This document shows positions 54,235-63,270 of a stretch of 64,000 nucleotides of DNA, piece by piece. The stretch's first letter is position 1, and every line of letters starts with the position of its first letter. Made by a program: the position numbers and the translations under genes. The notes below the pieces were generated by a model. That model was not told the DNA's origin. It did no database searches and worked only from the letters and a program-made list of their open reading frames with translations. Source of the stretch: Chitinophagaceae bacterium (GTDB lineage Bacteria; Bacteroidota; Bacteroidia; Chitinophagales; Chitinophagaceae); assembly GCA_036675565.1 (NCBI GenBank), contig JAKFER010000047.1:105756-169755 (forward strand), read 5' to 3'.

Positions 54235-55356
54235 ATGCCCAGCAAGATCCGCCGCTTTACTATTAAGGTCCTGGTTGCAATCAATGTTTTTATAGCATTG
54301 CTTTTTTTGTTATCATGCCTTGCTCCTTACCTGCATCCTCATAAGTACTGGTATGTTTCCATGTTAGGATTAGGTTTTGCGGGCTTATTGATCTCCCTGA
54401 TTCTTATGTTTTTTTTCTGGTTGATCTTTCAACCCAAATATGCATTGATCTGTCTTATTCCTTTGTTGATTGGATGGAAAAGCATCAGTGTATTTTTTGC
54501 TGCCAATCCTATCAGCGAATATAATTTTACAAAAGATCCAAAACACATTCGGGTTGCATCATGGAATGTTGCCAGGTTTATTGAATTAAGCCGGAATAAT
54601 AATAAGGGAAGTCAAACCCGGTTAAAAATGATGGAATTATTAAAACAACAGGACGCCGATATTGTTTGCCTGCAGGAATTTCAGACATCAACCAAACCGG
54701 AATATTACGACAACATTGCACACATTCAAAAGAACCTTGGTTATAAATATTTTTATTTTGATTTCAGGGAAGATGGCAACCGTTTGTTCTATAGTTCCAT
54801 CATTTTTTCACGTTATCCCATTATCAGCAGTGGCGTGGTTCATTACCCCCGGCCTACTATTCCTGAAGCGCTGATACATGCAGATATAAAAATCGGCGGT
54901 GATACCATTCGTTTTTATTCCACACATTTTCAGTCCGTTCAATTTCAGCAGGAGGATTATCAAAAAATCGATGAGATCACCCGCCAGCAAGACAGCATTC
55001 TACATAACTCCCGCAGCATTTTTTCCAAATTAAAATGGGGTATTATTCATCGTGGCACACAGGCTGATATAGTAAAAACTTTGTTGAATGATGCGCCATA
55101 TCCTCTTGTTTTTTGTGCTGATCTGAACGATGTACCCAATTCTTACGCATATTTTACTACGCGGGGAAAAATGCAGGATGCTTTTCTGGAAAAAGGATTT
55201 GGTGTGGGACGCACATTTTCTTCCCTTTCGCCCACTTTAAGGATCGATTATATTTTTGCATCGGATCATTTTAAGATCCAGCAGTTTAACCGCGAGGTAA
55301 AAAATTACTCGGATCATTATCTTTTGGTGGCAGATATCGAGTTAAAAAATAATTGA
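54235..55356 (+). CDS. Membrane-anchored endonuclease/exonuclease/phosphatase (EEP) family protein
   Basis: Three N-terminal TM segments followed by EEP blocks (SWNV, DIVCLQEF, C-terminal SDHYLLV). Confidence 0.75.
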   Translation: MPSKIRRFTIKVLVAINVFIALLFLLSCLAPYLHPHKYWYVSMLGLGFAGLLISLILMFFFWLIFQPKYALICLIPLLIGWKSISVFFAANPISEYNFTKDPKHIRVASWNVARFIELSRNNNKGSQTRLKMMELLKQQDADIVCLQEFQTSTKPEYYDNIAHIQKNLGYKYFYFDFREDGNRLFYSSIIFSRYPIISSGVVHYPRPTIPEALIHADIKIGGDTIRFYSTHFQSVQFQQEDYQKIDEITRQQDSILHNSRSIFSKLKWGIIHRGTQADIVKTLLNDAPYPLVFCADLNDVPNSYAYFTTRGKMQDAFLEKGFGVGRTFSSLSPTLRIDYIFASDHFKIQQFNREVKNYSDHYLLVADIELKNN

Positions 55357-55399
55357 TCCAGCGCTTTTGTATTAACAATATATCTCTGGCGATATCGCT

Positions 55400-55407
55400 T
55401 ATTTTTG
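55400..55407 (+). promoter_or_regulatory. Candidate TAnnTTTG -7 box for cysS
   Basis: TATTTTTG lies 42 nt upstream of the ATG at 55449. Confidence 0.3.
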
Positions 55408-55448
55408 CGATTCATTTTAAAGCAAGCCTGCGGGCATAATCAGGATTT

Positions 55449-56954
55449 ATGAGCGATCTCAAAGTTTACAATTCATTAACCAGGAAAAAAGAAGTTTTTG
55501 AAAGTATAACACCCGGTCATGCCGGCATGTATGTTTGCGGTCCTACAGTAAGTGGAGAAAGTCATTTAGGACATGCACGCCCTTATATTACATTCGATGT
55601 GGTTTATCGCTACCTGATGCACCTTGGGTATAAAGTTCGTTATGTACGTAACATAACAGACGCCGGCCATTTTGAAGAAGAAGGTCGTGAAGCGGAAGAT
55701 AAAATTTCAAAAAAGGCTGTTCTTGAAAAATTGGAGCCTATGGAACTGGTACAGAAATACACCAACTTGTATCACTGGGCTATGGATCAATTCAATTGCC
55801 TGCCGCCTTCGATAGAGCCTACAGCTACTGGACATATCGTGGAGCAGATCAACATGATTGAAACATTGATTAAAGCAGGGTATGCTTATGAAATAAATGG
55901 CAGTGTATATTTTGATGTAAAAAAGTATGCAGCCAATTATGATTATGGTAAACTGAGTGGCCGGGTGATAGAAGATATGCTGGAAACTACCAGGGAATTG
56001 GAAGGGCAGGAAGAAAAAAGGAATAAGGCTGATTTCGCATTATGGAAAGCTGCACCGGCAGAACACATTATGCGCTGGAAAAGCCCTTGGGGAGAAGGTT
56101 TCCCGGGATGGCATATCGAATGTTCTGCAATGGCTACCAAATATTTGGGTGCGCAATTTGATATTCACGGTGGTGGAATGGACCTGCAGTTTCCACATCA
56201 TGAAAGCGAGATTGCTCAAAGTACCATTTGCAATCATGTTGCCCCTGTCCGTTATTGGATGCATAATAATATGATCACTATCAACGGCCGTAAAATGGGT
56301 AAAAGCTATAACAATGTGATCCGGCTGACCGAATTGTTTACCGGTGATCATCCTTTATTGGAAAAAGCCTATTCGCCCATGACGGTGCGTTTCTTCATAC
56401 TTCAAACGCATTACCGCAGTACGCTTGATTTCGGGAATGATGCCCTGCTGGCTGCTGAAAAAGGATTGAAACGTTTAATGGAAGCCCATGAATGGTTTCA
56501 GAAAATGAACATTTCTAACGATGATGGACATGCGGGAAATGTAAACCAGGAACTGGATGAAAAAGTGATTAGGTTGTTGAACGAGTTTGATGAATTTATC
56601 AATGATGATTTCAGCACGGCGAAAGTGCTGGCTAATATGTTCGAACTGGTGCCCATTATTAATTCCTTAAAAGATAAAAACATACCTGTTCATTCCTTAC
56701 ATGCTGCAACCCTGGAAATTTTGCAACAAAAAATGAAAGTTTATATAGAAGACATATTGGGATTAAAGACCGAAACCTTGGCAGAAGGTGAAAAGTTGAA
56801 TGGTGTGTTGCAGGTATTAATAGACTTACGTAAACAGGCCCGCGAAAAAAAGGACTGGGCCACATCTGATAAGATCCGTAACCAACTGGCCGAGATCGGG
56901 ATTTTGTTGAAAGATGAAAAAAATGGGGATATGAGTTGGGGAATGGTTGATTAG
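55449..56954 (+). CDS. cysS: Cysteine--tRNA ligase
   Basis: HLGHAR (HIGH) and KMGKSYNN (KMSKS) motifs, the CysRS Zn-site context (CGPT, HIECS) and a C-terminal DALR-2-like domain. Confidence 0.97.
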   Translation: MSDLKVYNSLTRKKEVFESITPGHAGMYVCGPTVSGESHLGHARPYITFDVVYRYLMHLGYKVRYVRNITDAGHFEEEGREAEDKISKKAVLEKLEPMELVQKYTNLYHWAMDQFNCLPPSIEPTATGHIVEQINMIETLIKAGYAYEINGSVYFDVKKYAANYDYGKLSGRVIEDMLETTRELEGQEEKRNKADFALWKAAPAEHIMRWKSPWGEGFPGWHIECSAMATKYLGAQFDIHGGGMDLQFPHHESEIAQSTICNHVAPVRYWMHNNMITINGRKMGKSYNNVIRLTELFTGDHPLLEKAYSPMTVRFFILQTHYRSTLDFGNDALLAAEKGLKRLMEAHEWFQKMNISNDDGHAGNVNQELDEKVIRLLNEFDEFINDDFSTAKVLANMFELVPIINSLKDKNIPVHSLHAATLEILQQKMKVYIEDILGLKTETLAEGEKLNGVLQVLIDLRKQAREKKDWATSDKIRNQLAEIGILLKDEKNGDMSWGMVD

Positions 56955-57124
56955 TTGAAAGGTTGATAAGTTTCTTAGTATTGGAATTTGGAATTAGGAT
57001 ATTTGGAATTAGGCTGGAATTAGTTGATTAGTTGAATGATTATAGGTTGATACGTTCCAGGAATTGGATAAAAATAACTGTATTAAAAACAACTAAACGC
57101 TCAACCCTCACCTCTAAACTGATT
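56955..57124 (+). repeat. Composite intergenic repeat, copy D, filling the cysS to alkA-like spacer
   Basis: TTGAAAGGTTGATAAGTTT...TTGGAATTTGGAATTAGGATATTTGGAATTAGGCTGGAATTAGT...GTATTAAAAACAACTAAACGCTCAACCCTCACCTCTAAAC has the same block order as 44578-44719. Confidence 0.6.
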
Positions 57125-57739
57125 ATGGATTATCTCGCTCATCTTGCAAAAGATAAGAAACTGGCAAAAGTTTTAAATGGGCAAAAGCCGTTTAAACTGA
57201 AGATCAGGAAAAATATTCCACTGAGACTTTGTGCATCGATCATGAGCCAGCAACTTTCCGTTAACGTAGCCGAAGTTATTTTCCGAAGATTTTTAGAACT
57301 CTATGATGGAGAAGAGCCCACTTCACAACAAATTGTTGATACATCTTTTGAAAAGCTTAGAAGCATTGGATTGTCAAATGCCAAAGTATCCTACGTTCAG
57401 AATGTTGCTCACTTTTGTATGGAACATAAAATTGATGATAAAAAGCTGAAGAAGATGAGTGATGAAGATATCATCGGATTACTTATGCAAATTAAAGGAG
57501 TGGGCAAATGGACAGTAGAAATGTTATTAATGTTTACGCTGGGTCGCCCGGATATTTTTGCCATTGATGATTATGGTATTCAAAGCGCTATGAAAAAGAT
57601 CTATGGTTTGGATGACAGCAATAAAAAAGAATTTCGTGAAAAGCTATTGAAGATCTCCGCTAAATGGAGCCCGTTTCGTACTTATGCCTGCCTGCATTTA
57701 TGGAACTGGAAGGATAACAAGCCTTTGAATGAAAAATAG
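57125..57739 (+). CDS. DNA-3-methyladenine glycosylase II family (AlkA-like, HhH-GPD)
   Basis: HhH-GPD block IKGVGKWTVEMLLMFTLGRPDIFAIDDYG. ATG at 57125; the track's TTG start at 57032 lies inside the repeat. Confidence 0.8.
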   Translation: MDYLAHLAKDKKLAKVLNGQKPFKLKIRKNIPLRLCASIMSQQLSVNVAEVIFRRFLELYDGEEPTSQQIVDTSFEKLRSIGLSNAKVSYVQNVAHFCMEHKIDDKKLKKMSDEDIIGLLMQIKGVGKWTVEMLLMFTLGRPDIFAIDDYGIQSAMKKIYGLDDSNKKEFREKLLKISAKWSPFRTYACLHLWNWKDNKPLNEK

Positions 57740-57832
57740 ATTTTGAGTTGAATTCATGTAGTTTGGAAAGTAATTTTATCTGAGCTCTTTTCCATGACGT
57801 TTATTCCAAATCTTTTCAGGTCATGGTTGTGC

Positions 57833-57875
57833 AACAAAAAAAAGCCCCGGGGTTTTAACATCCCGAAGCCTTTTA
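57833..57875. terminator. Bidirectional hairpin terminator between the alkA-like (+) and fasciclin (-) genes
   Basis: GCCCCGGG (57844-57851) pairs with CCCGAAGC (57862-57869), including two G-U pairs. It is flanked by an A8 run upstream and TTTT downstream. Confidence 0.6.
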
Positions 57876-57899
57876 TATTAAACCAAAGGTACAGCAGCA

Positions 57900-58856
57900 T
57901 TAAAGTGTAGGAAGCAGCACCTGGTCAATGACATGAACTACGCCATTGGTTCCAAGAATATCAACAGCAACAATGTTACTTGGTGTTGCATTGCTGATAC
58001 CTTTTACTTTAGCACCACCAGTAAGTGTAAACGTAACTGTTTCTCCCTGTACTGTTGCCGGCATTAATCCTTCTGTTAGATTGTAAGAAAATACACGGCC
58101 TGGTATCAAATGATAAGTAAGAATGGTAGCCAATGCATCATTTGGAACAGCGGCAAGGTTATCAAAATTCAGGTCTTCCAGGAGATTTGAAAAAGCCTGG
58201 TTTGTTGGTGCCATTACAGTAAATGGACCCCCGGTTGCCAACGTATTAATGGTTGGTTCGCCTAATTGTAAAACAGCTGCAACCAATGTGCTTAGATCTG
58301 GGCTGCTCTGTGCCAGTTCTACCAGGTTTTTGGATGGTGGCATTAATACCTTGTCGATAACATGAATAATACCATTGCTGGCCATCAGGTCTTTTGCAGT
58401 AACCATGGCATTGTTTACCCATACTTTACCATCTTTTCCAGACACATAAAAATCTTTATCTGCCAATGTTTTTACAGGCAGTGCACTGGCGCCCTGAACA
58501 TCTGCAGATTTTACAACTGTGCCTAATACATGGTAAAGCAGAATGCCTTGTAAAACATCAGCCGGAGCATCCTGAACCGATTTTACATCCGGGAAACCGG
58601 CTGCTTTAAATGCATCGTCCGTTGGTGCAAATACGGTAAAAGTCCCCTCACCAGATAATGTAGAAGCCAGTCCGGCTTTTACTACGGCAGCATATAAAAA
58701 GGAATGCTGCGGAGACATTTTAACCAGTTCCGCAATGGTTTTTTTCTGTGTGTTATCCAACGCTTTGGGATTCGCGTCTTTTTTACAGGCAGTAAATAGC
58801 AGCACTAAACTGGCTGCAAAAGCAATGTTTTTGAGTAATAATATTGTTTTTTTCAT
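57900..58856 (-). CDS. Tandem fasciclin (FAS1) domain lipoprotein
   Basis: Two FAS1 repeats (FTVFAPTDDAF...NGIIHVIDKVL; FTVMAPTNQAF...NGVVHVIDQVL); lipobox FTAC. Confidence 0.85.
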   Translation of the reverse strand: MKKTILLLKNIAFAASLVLLFTACKKDANPKALDNTQKKTIAELVKMSPQHSFLYAAVVKAGLASTLSGEGTFTVFAPTDDAFKAAGFPDVKSVQDAPADVLQGILLYHVLGTVVKSADVQGASALPVKTLADKDFYVSGKDGKVWVNNAMVTAKDLMASNGIIHVIDKVLMPPSKNLVELAQSSPDLSTLVAAVLQLGEPTINTLATGGPFTVMAPTNQAFSNLLEDLNFDNLAAVPNDALATILTYHLIPGRVFSYNLTEGLMPATVQGETVTFTLTGGAKVKGISNATPSNIVAVDILGTNGVVHVIDQVLLPTL

Positions 58857-58892
58857 GATGAAGTGTTTTTATATGTAACAGTAACCAGCTTC

Positions 58893-58930
58893 ATTTTGTT
58901 TAAATAAAAACAAAAATATTTAAACAAAAT
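58893..58930. promoter_or_regulatory. Perfect 14-bp inverted repeat in the divergent fasciclin/nei promoter region
   Basis: ATTTTGTTTAAATA (58893-58906), a 10-nt spacer, then TATTTAAACAAAAT (58917-58930); 37 nt upstream of the fasciclin ATG. Confidence 0.4.
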
Positions 58931-59074
58931 GTGTAAACTACTCATATCCAGTTATAAAATGTTAAACATTTTAATAAAAAATTTATCAAGGGAATTGGGA
59001 AAAATCAGTATCCCAGTTAAAAATGGAATATAAGAGCAGGATTATAATAGTATAATTATTGCATATCATGAAAA

Positions 59075-59803
59075 GTGCCTGAAGGACCTTCTATATTATA
59101 CCTGAGAGATCAATTGATGCCTTTTAAAGGGAAGATTGTGAGGAATGCAGGTGGCTATGGTAAAATGCCAACAGGTTGGATGAAAGGAAAAAAGCTATTG
59201 GATATCCTGACCTGGGGTAAACATTTATTATTTGTTTTTGCCAATGGTACAGTAAGGGTTCACTTAATGTTATTTGGGAAAATATTAGTCAATGAAAGAA
59301 AAGATGTAAACCGCTCATTCTTTCTTGAATTTGCCAAAGGTGAAATTAATGGTTATGTAGTAAAGGCTCAAAAACTAAAAGGAACACCTGCTGATGAATA
59401 TAATTGGCTCATTGATATTATGAGTGATGAATTTGACCCTGCATATGTAAAAAAACTTTTAAAAGAACATTCAAAAGAAACGATCGATGATGTTTTAATG
59501 AATCAGGATGTGTTTGCAGGTGTTGGGAACAAGATCAGGAATGAAGCACTGTTCAGGGCAGGAATTCATCCTCTAAGTAAAGTTGGAAGAATACCTGCGG
59601 CTAAGATGAACAAACTCATTAAAGAAGTAGTAAAGTATGCGAATATTTTTTATAAGAACCTGTCAACATCAGGTAAGCATGATTTCTTCGAGATTTATAA
59701 AAAGGAATATGCAGCAGATGGTAGCGAAGTGACGATGAAAGTTTTACCCCGCACCAAACGAAAGATTTACTATAGTGAACACAAGCAAAAATTATATGAC
59801 TAA
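59075..59803 (+). CDS. Fpg/Nei family DNA glycosylase/AP lyase, zincless type
   Basis: The GTG start gives M-PEGPSI (catalytic Pro2/Glu3). H2TH block NQDVFAGVGNKIRNEALFRAGIHP. There is no Cys in the C-terminal ~60 aa. Confidence 0.8.
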   Translation: MPEGPSILYLRDQLMPFKGKIVRNAGGYGKMPTGWMKGKKLLDILTWGKHLLFVFANGTVRVHLMLFGKILVNERKDVNRSFFLEFAKGEINGYVVKAQKLKGTPADEYNWLIDIMSDEFDPAYVKKLLKEHSKETIDDVLMNQDVFAGVGNKIRNEALFRAGIHPLSKVGRIPAAKMNKLIKEVVKYANIFYKNLSTSGKHDFFEIYKKEYAADGSEVTMKVLPRTKRKIYYSEHKQKLYD

Positions 59804-59884
59804 GATTTCACTTCAATTATCAACAGCAATTATAAATATCACTCTTGTGGCATAGTTTTTTTACATACCCGCGAAACAAGTAGT

Positions 59885-60715
59885 ATGAAAAAAATATTTA
59901 CGTTTAGTGGGTGGGGTTTTATATTAATGATGGTTTTCACTTCCTGTGTATCCAGTAAAAAATATAATGAATCCCAATCTGCACTTGCAGAAGCCCAACA
60001 AAAATATCGGGGCGATAGTGCATTTTATGCCCAAAAATTCGGTGACCTCGATAAAAGTGTAAGGGAACTGGAAGAACGTAAAGCAACATTGCAGAAACAG
60101 ATTGAAGCAATGAATAATGAGATTGACAGTATCAATCGCCAGTCCGCTACCCAGCAGGGGTTACTCAGCGAACAGCAAAAGAGAATTGATTATTTGCAGT
60201 CATTGATCGATCAGCAACGTAAAACAGTAAACGATTTAAAGAATAAGATTGCTAATGCACTTACATCCTTTAGTGCAAACGATCTTACCGTGAGCGAAAA
60301 AAATGGCAAAGTATATGTTAGCCTGTCTGAAAATTTATTATTCCCATCAGGAAGTGCGGTAGTAAATAAAAAAGGTATTGAAGCATTAGGAAAGTTGGCA
60401 GAGGTTTTGAATAAGAATCCTGATATCAATATAAATATTGAAGGACATACGGATACCGTACCTATTCGTGGACGTTACCAGGATAACTGGGAACTGAGTG
60501 TGGCAAGAGCAACCTCGATTGTCCGCATTCTTACCAATACTTATAAACTGGACCCGGTAAGGATCATTGCATCAGGACATAGTCAATATGATCCTGTAGA
60601 TACAAACTCAACGCCAGAAGGAAGGGCAAAGAACAGGCGGACAGAAATTATTTTAATTCCTAAGTTGGATGAATTATACAGGTTGATAGAACAGGGAGCA
60701 GCAGACAATTCTTAA
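59885..60715 (+). CDS. OmpA/MotB-family peptidoglycan-binding lipoprotein with an N-terminal coiled coil
   Basis: Lipobox FTSC, a heptad-rich region, and a C-terminal OmpA_C block (GHTD..P......NWELS..RA..V...L, NRRTEI). Confidence 0.85.
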   Translation: MKKIFTFSGWGFILMMVFTSCVSSKKYNESQSALAEAQQKYRGDSAFYAQKFGDLDKSVRELEERKATLQKQIEAMNNEIDSINRQSATQQGLLSEQQKRIDYLQSLIDQQRKTVNDLKNKIANALTSFSANDLTVSEKNGKVYVSLSENLLFPSGSAVVNKKGIEALGKLAEVLNKNPDININIEGHTDTVPIRGRYQDNWELSVARATSIVRILTNTYKLDPVRIIASGHSQYDPVDTNSTPEGRAKNRRTEIILIPKLDELYRLIEQGAADNS

Positions 60716-60734
60716 CTCCATATATATCTAAAGA

Positions 60735-60765
60735 AAAAGCGCCGATTTATACCGGCGCTTTTTTC
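60735..60765. terminator. Bidirectional terminator between the ompA-like (+) and epimerase (-) genes
   Basis: AAAGCGCCG (60736-60744) pairs with CGGCGCTTT (60753-60761), with A-runs and T-runs on both sides. Confidence 0.7.
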
Positions 60766-60767
60766 AT

Positions 60768-61880
60768 TTATACACTTATTTTTTCCATTTTCTGTAACCA
60801 AGCTTCATCAATGGTGGCACCAAGACCGGGTTCTGTTGGCACTTTTACTTCACCATTCGGTAAATAAACAATACCTCCCTGCACCGGGTCTGTGGTAAAC
60901 ATCAGTGGTGTATCAAAATCACAATAGTGAATATTGGGGCTGCAAAGTGCAAGATGGGCAGAAGCGGTCATGCCTAATCGTGATTCCATAAAACCTCCAA
61001 CCTGCATAGGCATATCTTCCTTATCAGCCAGTTCAATTATTTTTTTAGCATTGTATAAACCACCGCTTTTACCCAGTTTAATATTGATAGAATCACAGGC
61101 TTCCAGGTCAATCAGCCTTTCTGCATCATGATGATCACAACAGGTTTCATCGGCCATGATGGGAATAGGGCTGTTATCTTTTACTTTCTTCAACTTCATG
61201 AATTTCCAGCGTGCAATGGGCTCTTCACAATGCTGGATCTTATATTCTTCCAATGCCTGCAAAATATCTATGGCAGTTTTTACTTTCCATCCCTGGTTGG
61301 CATCTATCCGAAGTGGAATATCCTTACCAATGGCCAAACGGATGGCTCTTATGCGCTCAACATCTTTTTCTTTGGATTGCCCCAGCTTTACTTTGATTGC
61401 GGTGAAACCGGCTTCTTTATATTTTAATGCATCTGCTGCCATTTTCTCCGGTTCACCTATGCTTACAGTCATATCCGTGAACAATTGCTTATCTGTTTTT
61501 CCACCTAAAAATTCATAGAGCGGTAATCCTGCATGTTGTGAAGCAATATCATACAGTGCCATATCGAAAGCGCTTTTAATGCTGCTGTTACCAAAAATGG
61601 TTTTATCCATTCGTTTTATACAATCTTTAAGGTCCAGCGGATCTTGTCCCTTCAATGCTTTGCCAAGGTATTGACCAACTACAAAACAGGTGTCAATGCT
61701 TTCACCATTTATGGACAGGTAGGGACTGCATTCGCCATACCCGGAAATACCTTCATTTGTTTTGATTACAACAATGATATTTTCAGCATTGTCAATTTTA
61801 CCCAACGAGATCACAAAAGGTTCGTGTAATGGAATGTAAAGTTTATAAATATCTACCTGTTCGATTTTTAATGATGCCAT
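60768..61880 (-). CDS. Dipeptide epimerase (L-Ala-D/L-Glu epimerase type; enolase superfamily MR/MLE)
   Basis: MR_MLE N- and C-domains: KVKLG, RIDANQGW, CEEP and ADE metal/acid-base blocks, KLGKSGG. Confidence 0.85.
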   Translation of the reverse strand: MASLKIEQVDIYKLYIPLHEPFVISLGKIDNAENIIVVIKTNEGISGYGECSPYLSINGESIDTCFVVGQYLGKALKGQDPLDLKDCIKRMDKTIFGNSSIKSAFDMALYDIASQHAGLPLYEFLGGKTDKQLFTDMTVSIGEPEKMAADALKYKEAGFTAIKVKLGQSKEKDVERIRAIRLAIGKDIPLRIDANQGWKVKTAIDILQALEEYKIQHCEEPIARWKFMKLKKVKDNSPIPIMADETCCDHHDAERLIDLEACDSINIKLGKSGGLYNAKKIIELADKEDMPMQVGGFMESRLGMTASAHLALCSPNIHYCDFDTPLMFTTDPVQGGIVYLPNGEVKVPTEPGLGATIDEAWLQKMEKISV

Positions 61881-61975
61881 GGTTTGAATTTGTAAAGTGG
61901 GTAAAATTATATGATCGTTGCCATTAATGCAATGAATGTTAGCATGATTTATGATTACATAACAAAAATGAATGT

Positions 61976-62509
61976 ATGAGATGGATTGTATTAGTATGTG
62001 CGTGCCTCACTTTTACCGCTTGCAGTAAAGATGTTGTTGAATTACCACCTGCTACACAAGTCGGTGAAAATACATTTGGGGCCAAACTCGATGGTGAATT
62101 CTGGATACCAGCCGGATTTGGTATCGTTCCTACTGCACCTTTACTGGAAGCCCGTTTTATTGATGATAATATTAAAATTAATGCCCGCAACTTTTCTGTT
62201 TCACCAACCGAAACAGAATTCGAGATCTATTTAAAAAATGTCACGGAACCGGGTATTTATTATTTGAATAAAAAAGTATCGATCTATCCTAATCAAACAG
62301 AAAATTATGCTTACCACATCAAACGTAAAATAACACCACTGGATCAATGGGTAACTAATGCCAATTTTAGCGGCGTGGTAAATATTACCAAAGTTGACAG
62401 GGTCAATAAAATTGTAGCAGGTACTTTCGAATTCAGGGCAGAAAGTATGTCCAACCCTGGTGAATACATTACCGTAACAGAAGGACGGTTTGATATCAAA
62501 ATGATCTGA
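61976..62509 (+). CDS. Hypothetical lipoprotein
   Basis: Lipobox FTAC and a 177-aa beta-rich sequence. No family recognised. Confidence 0.5.
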   Translation: MRWIVLVCACLTFTACSKDVVELPPATQVGENTFGAKLDGEFWIPAGFGIVPTAPLLEARFIDDNIKINARNFSVSPTETEFEIYLKNVTEPGIYYLNKKVSIYPNQTENYAYHIKRKITPLDQWVTNANFSGVVNITKVDRVNKIVAGTFEFRAESMSNPGEYITVTEGRFDIKMI

Positions 62510-62511
62510 TC

Positions 62512-63180
62512 TTAAAACAGGATCCGCAATCCGAAGTTTGCAGCAAATAACATCGGGGTATTTTTATTTTCCAATAATAATGGAGTAGGATATTGGCTGG
62601 TTAACACCCAGCTGCGGCCTTCGAGGTATAAATAAAGATCGCCCCTGATCGGTACTTCGCCACCCAATGCTACATCCAATGTTAAACGTTGAAAGCGTCC
62701 CTCCTGGTTTATAGGTTGTGCTGGCGGCTGATATAAGGAGGTATCCAGGTTCATTTGGTAATTATTCCGGGCATTGGCCATGATCAACCCAAAACCGGCA
62801 TATCCATATACATTCCAGTTTTCTTCAGCATATGCATTTCCCTTAAAATAACGTTTATATCCAACCGAAATCGTTTTGTAATTAATTTCAGCCCGGTTAT
62901 TAATATCAATTTGCTGCGGTTGCGTACCTGGTTGGCGGGCAATAGCTTTAACCTGGTTTACAAATTCACCCGGTGAATAATAAGATACAAACAGGTATAT
63001 GCCTTCAATAGGAGTAAGGTGAAAATTGGCATTTACCGTTTGACCGAAAGCCCAGAATTTTTGTGTTGAATGATAGCTTCTTAAAACACTGGCATCCGTA
63101 GCTATACTAAATCTTTTCTGTGCTACCAACGTTGAGCCCAGCATTAATATGACCAGTAATGTAAAACTGATTTTTTTCAA
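62512..63180 (-). CDS. Hypothetical outer-membrane beta-barrel protein
   Basis: Signal peptide, alternating aromatic/hydrophobic strands, and a C-terminal ...NFGLRILF typical of an OMP terminal Phe. Confidence 0.5.
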   Translation of the reverse strand: MKKISFTLLVILMLGSTLVAQKRFSIATDASVLRSYHSTQKFWAFGQTVNANFHLTPIEGIYLFVSYYSPGEFVNQVKAIARQPGTQPQQIDINNRAEINYKTISVGYKRYFKGNAYAEENWNVYGYAGFGLIMANARNNYQMNLDTSLYQPPAQPINQEGRFQRLTLDVALGGEVPIRGDLYLYLEGRSWVLTSQYPTPLLLENKNTPMLFAANFGLRILF

Positions 63181-63224
63181 AAAGAAGTAATTGGTATTTG
63201 CAATGTTAAGAAATTAATAGGCGT

Positions 63225-63254
63225 AAAAAAAACCACCCTTTTTACAGGGTGGCT
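63225..63254 (-). terminator. Rho-independent terminator after the S46 peptidase gene
   Basis: CCACCCT (63233-63239) pairs with AGGGTGG (63246-63252). On the minus strand it is followed by T8. Confidence 0.65.
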
Positions 63255-63270
63255 TTCTATTCAGCGTTTA

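Noticed and set aside
55356-55368. The 13-nt string ATCCAGCGCTTTT is shared with the terminator at 303-315
   Set aside because: A single 13-mer match is expected by chance in a 64-kb window. At 55356 there is no complementary upstream arm, so no hairpin forms.
57762-57827. Nested short inverted repeats (TTTGGAA/TTCCAAA; CCATGAC/GTCATGG) in the alkA-like 3' region as a structured RNA
   Set aside because: The stems are only 7 bp with long loops in AT-rich sequence. This is not distinguishable from chance without covariation data.
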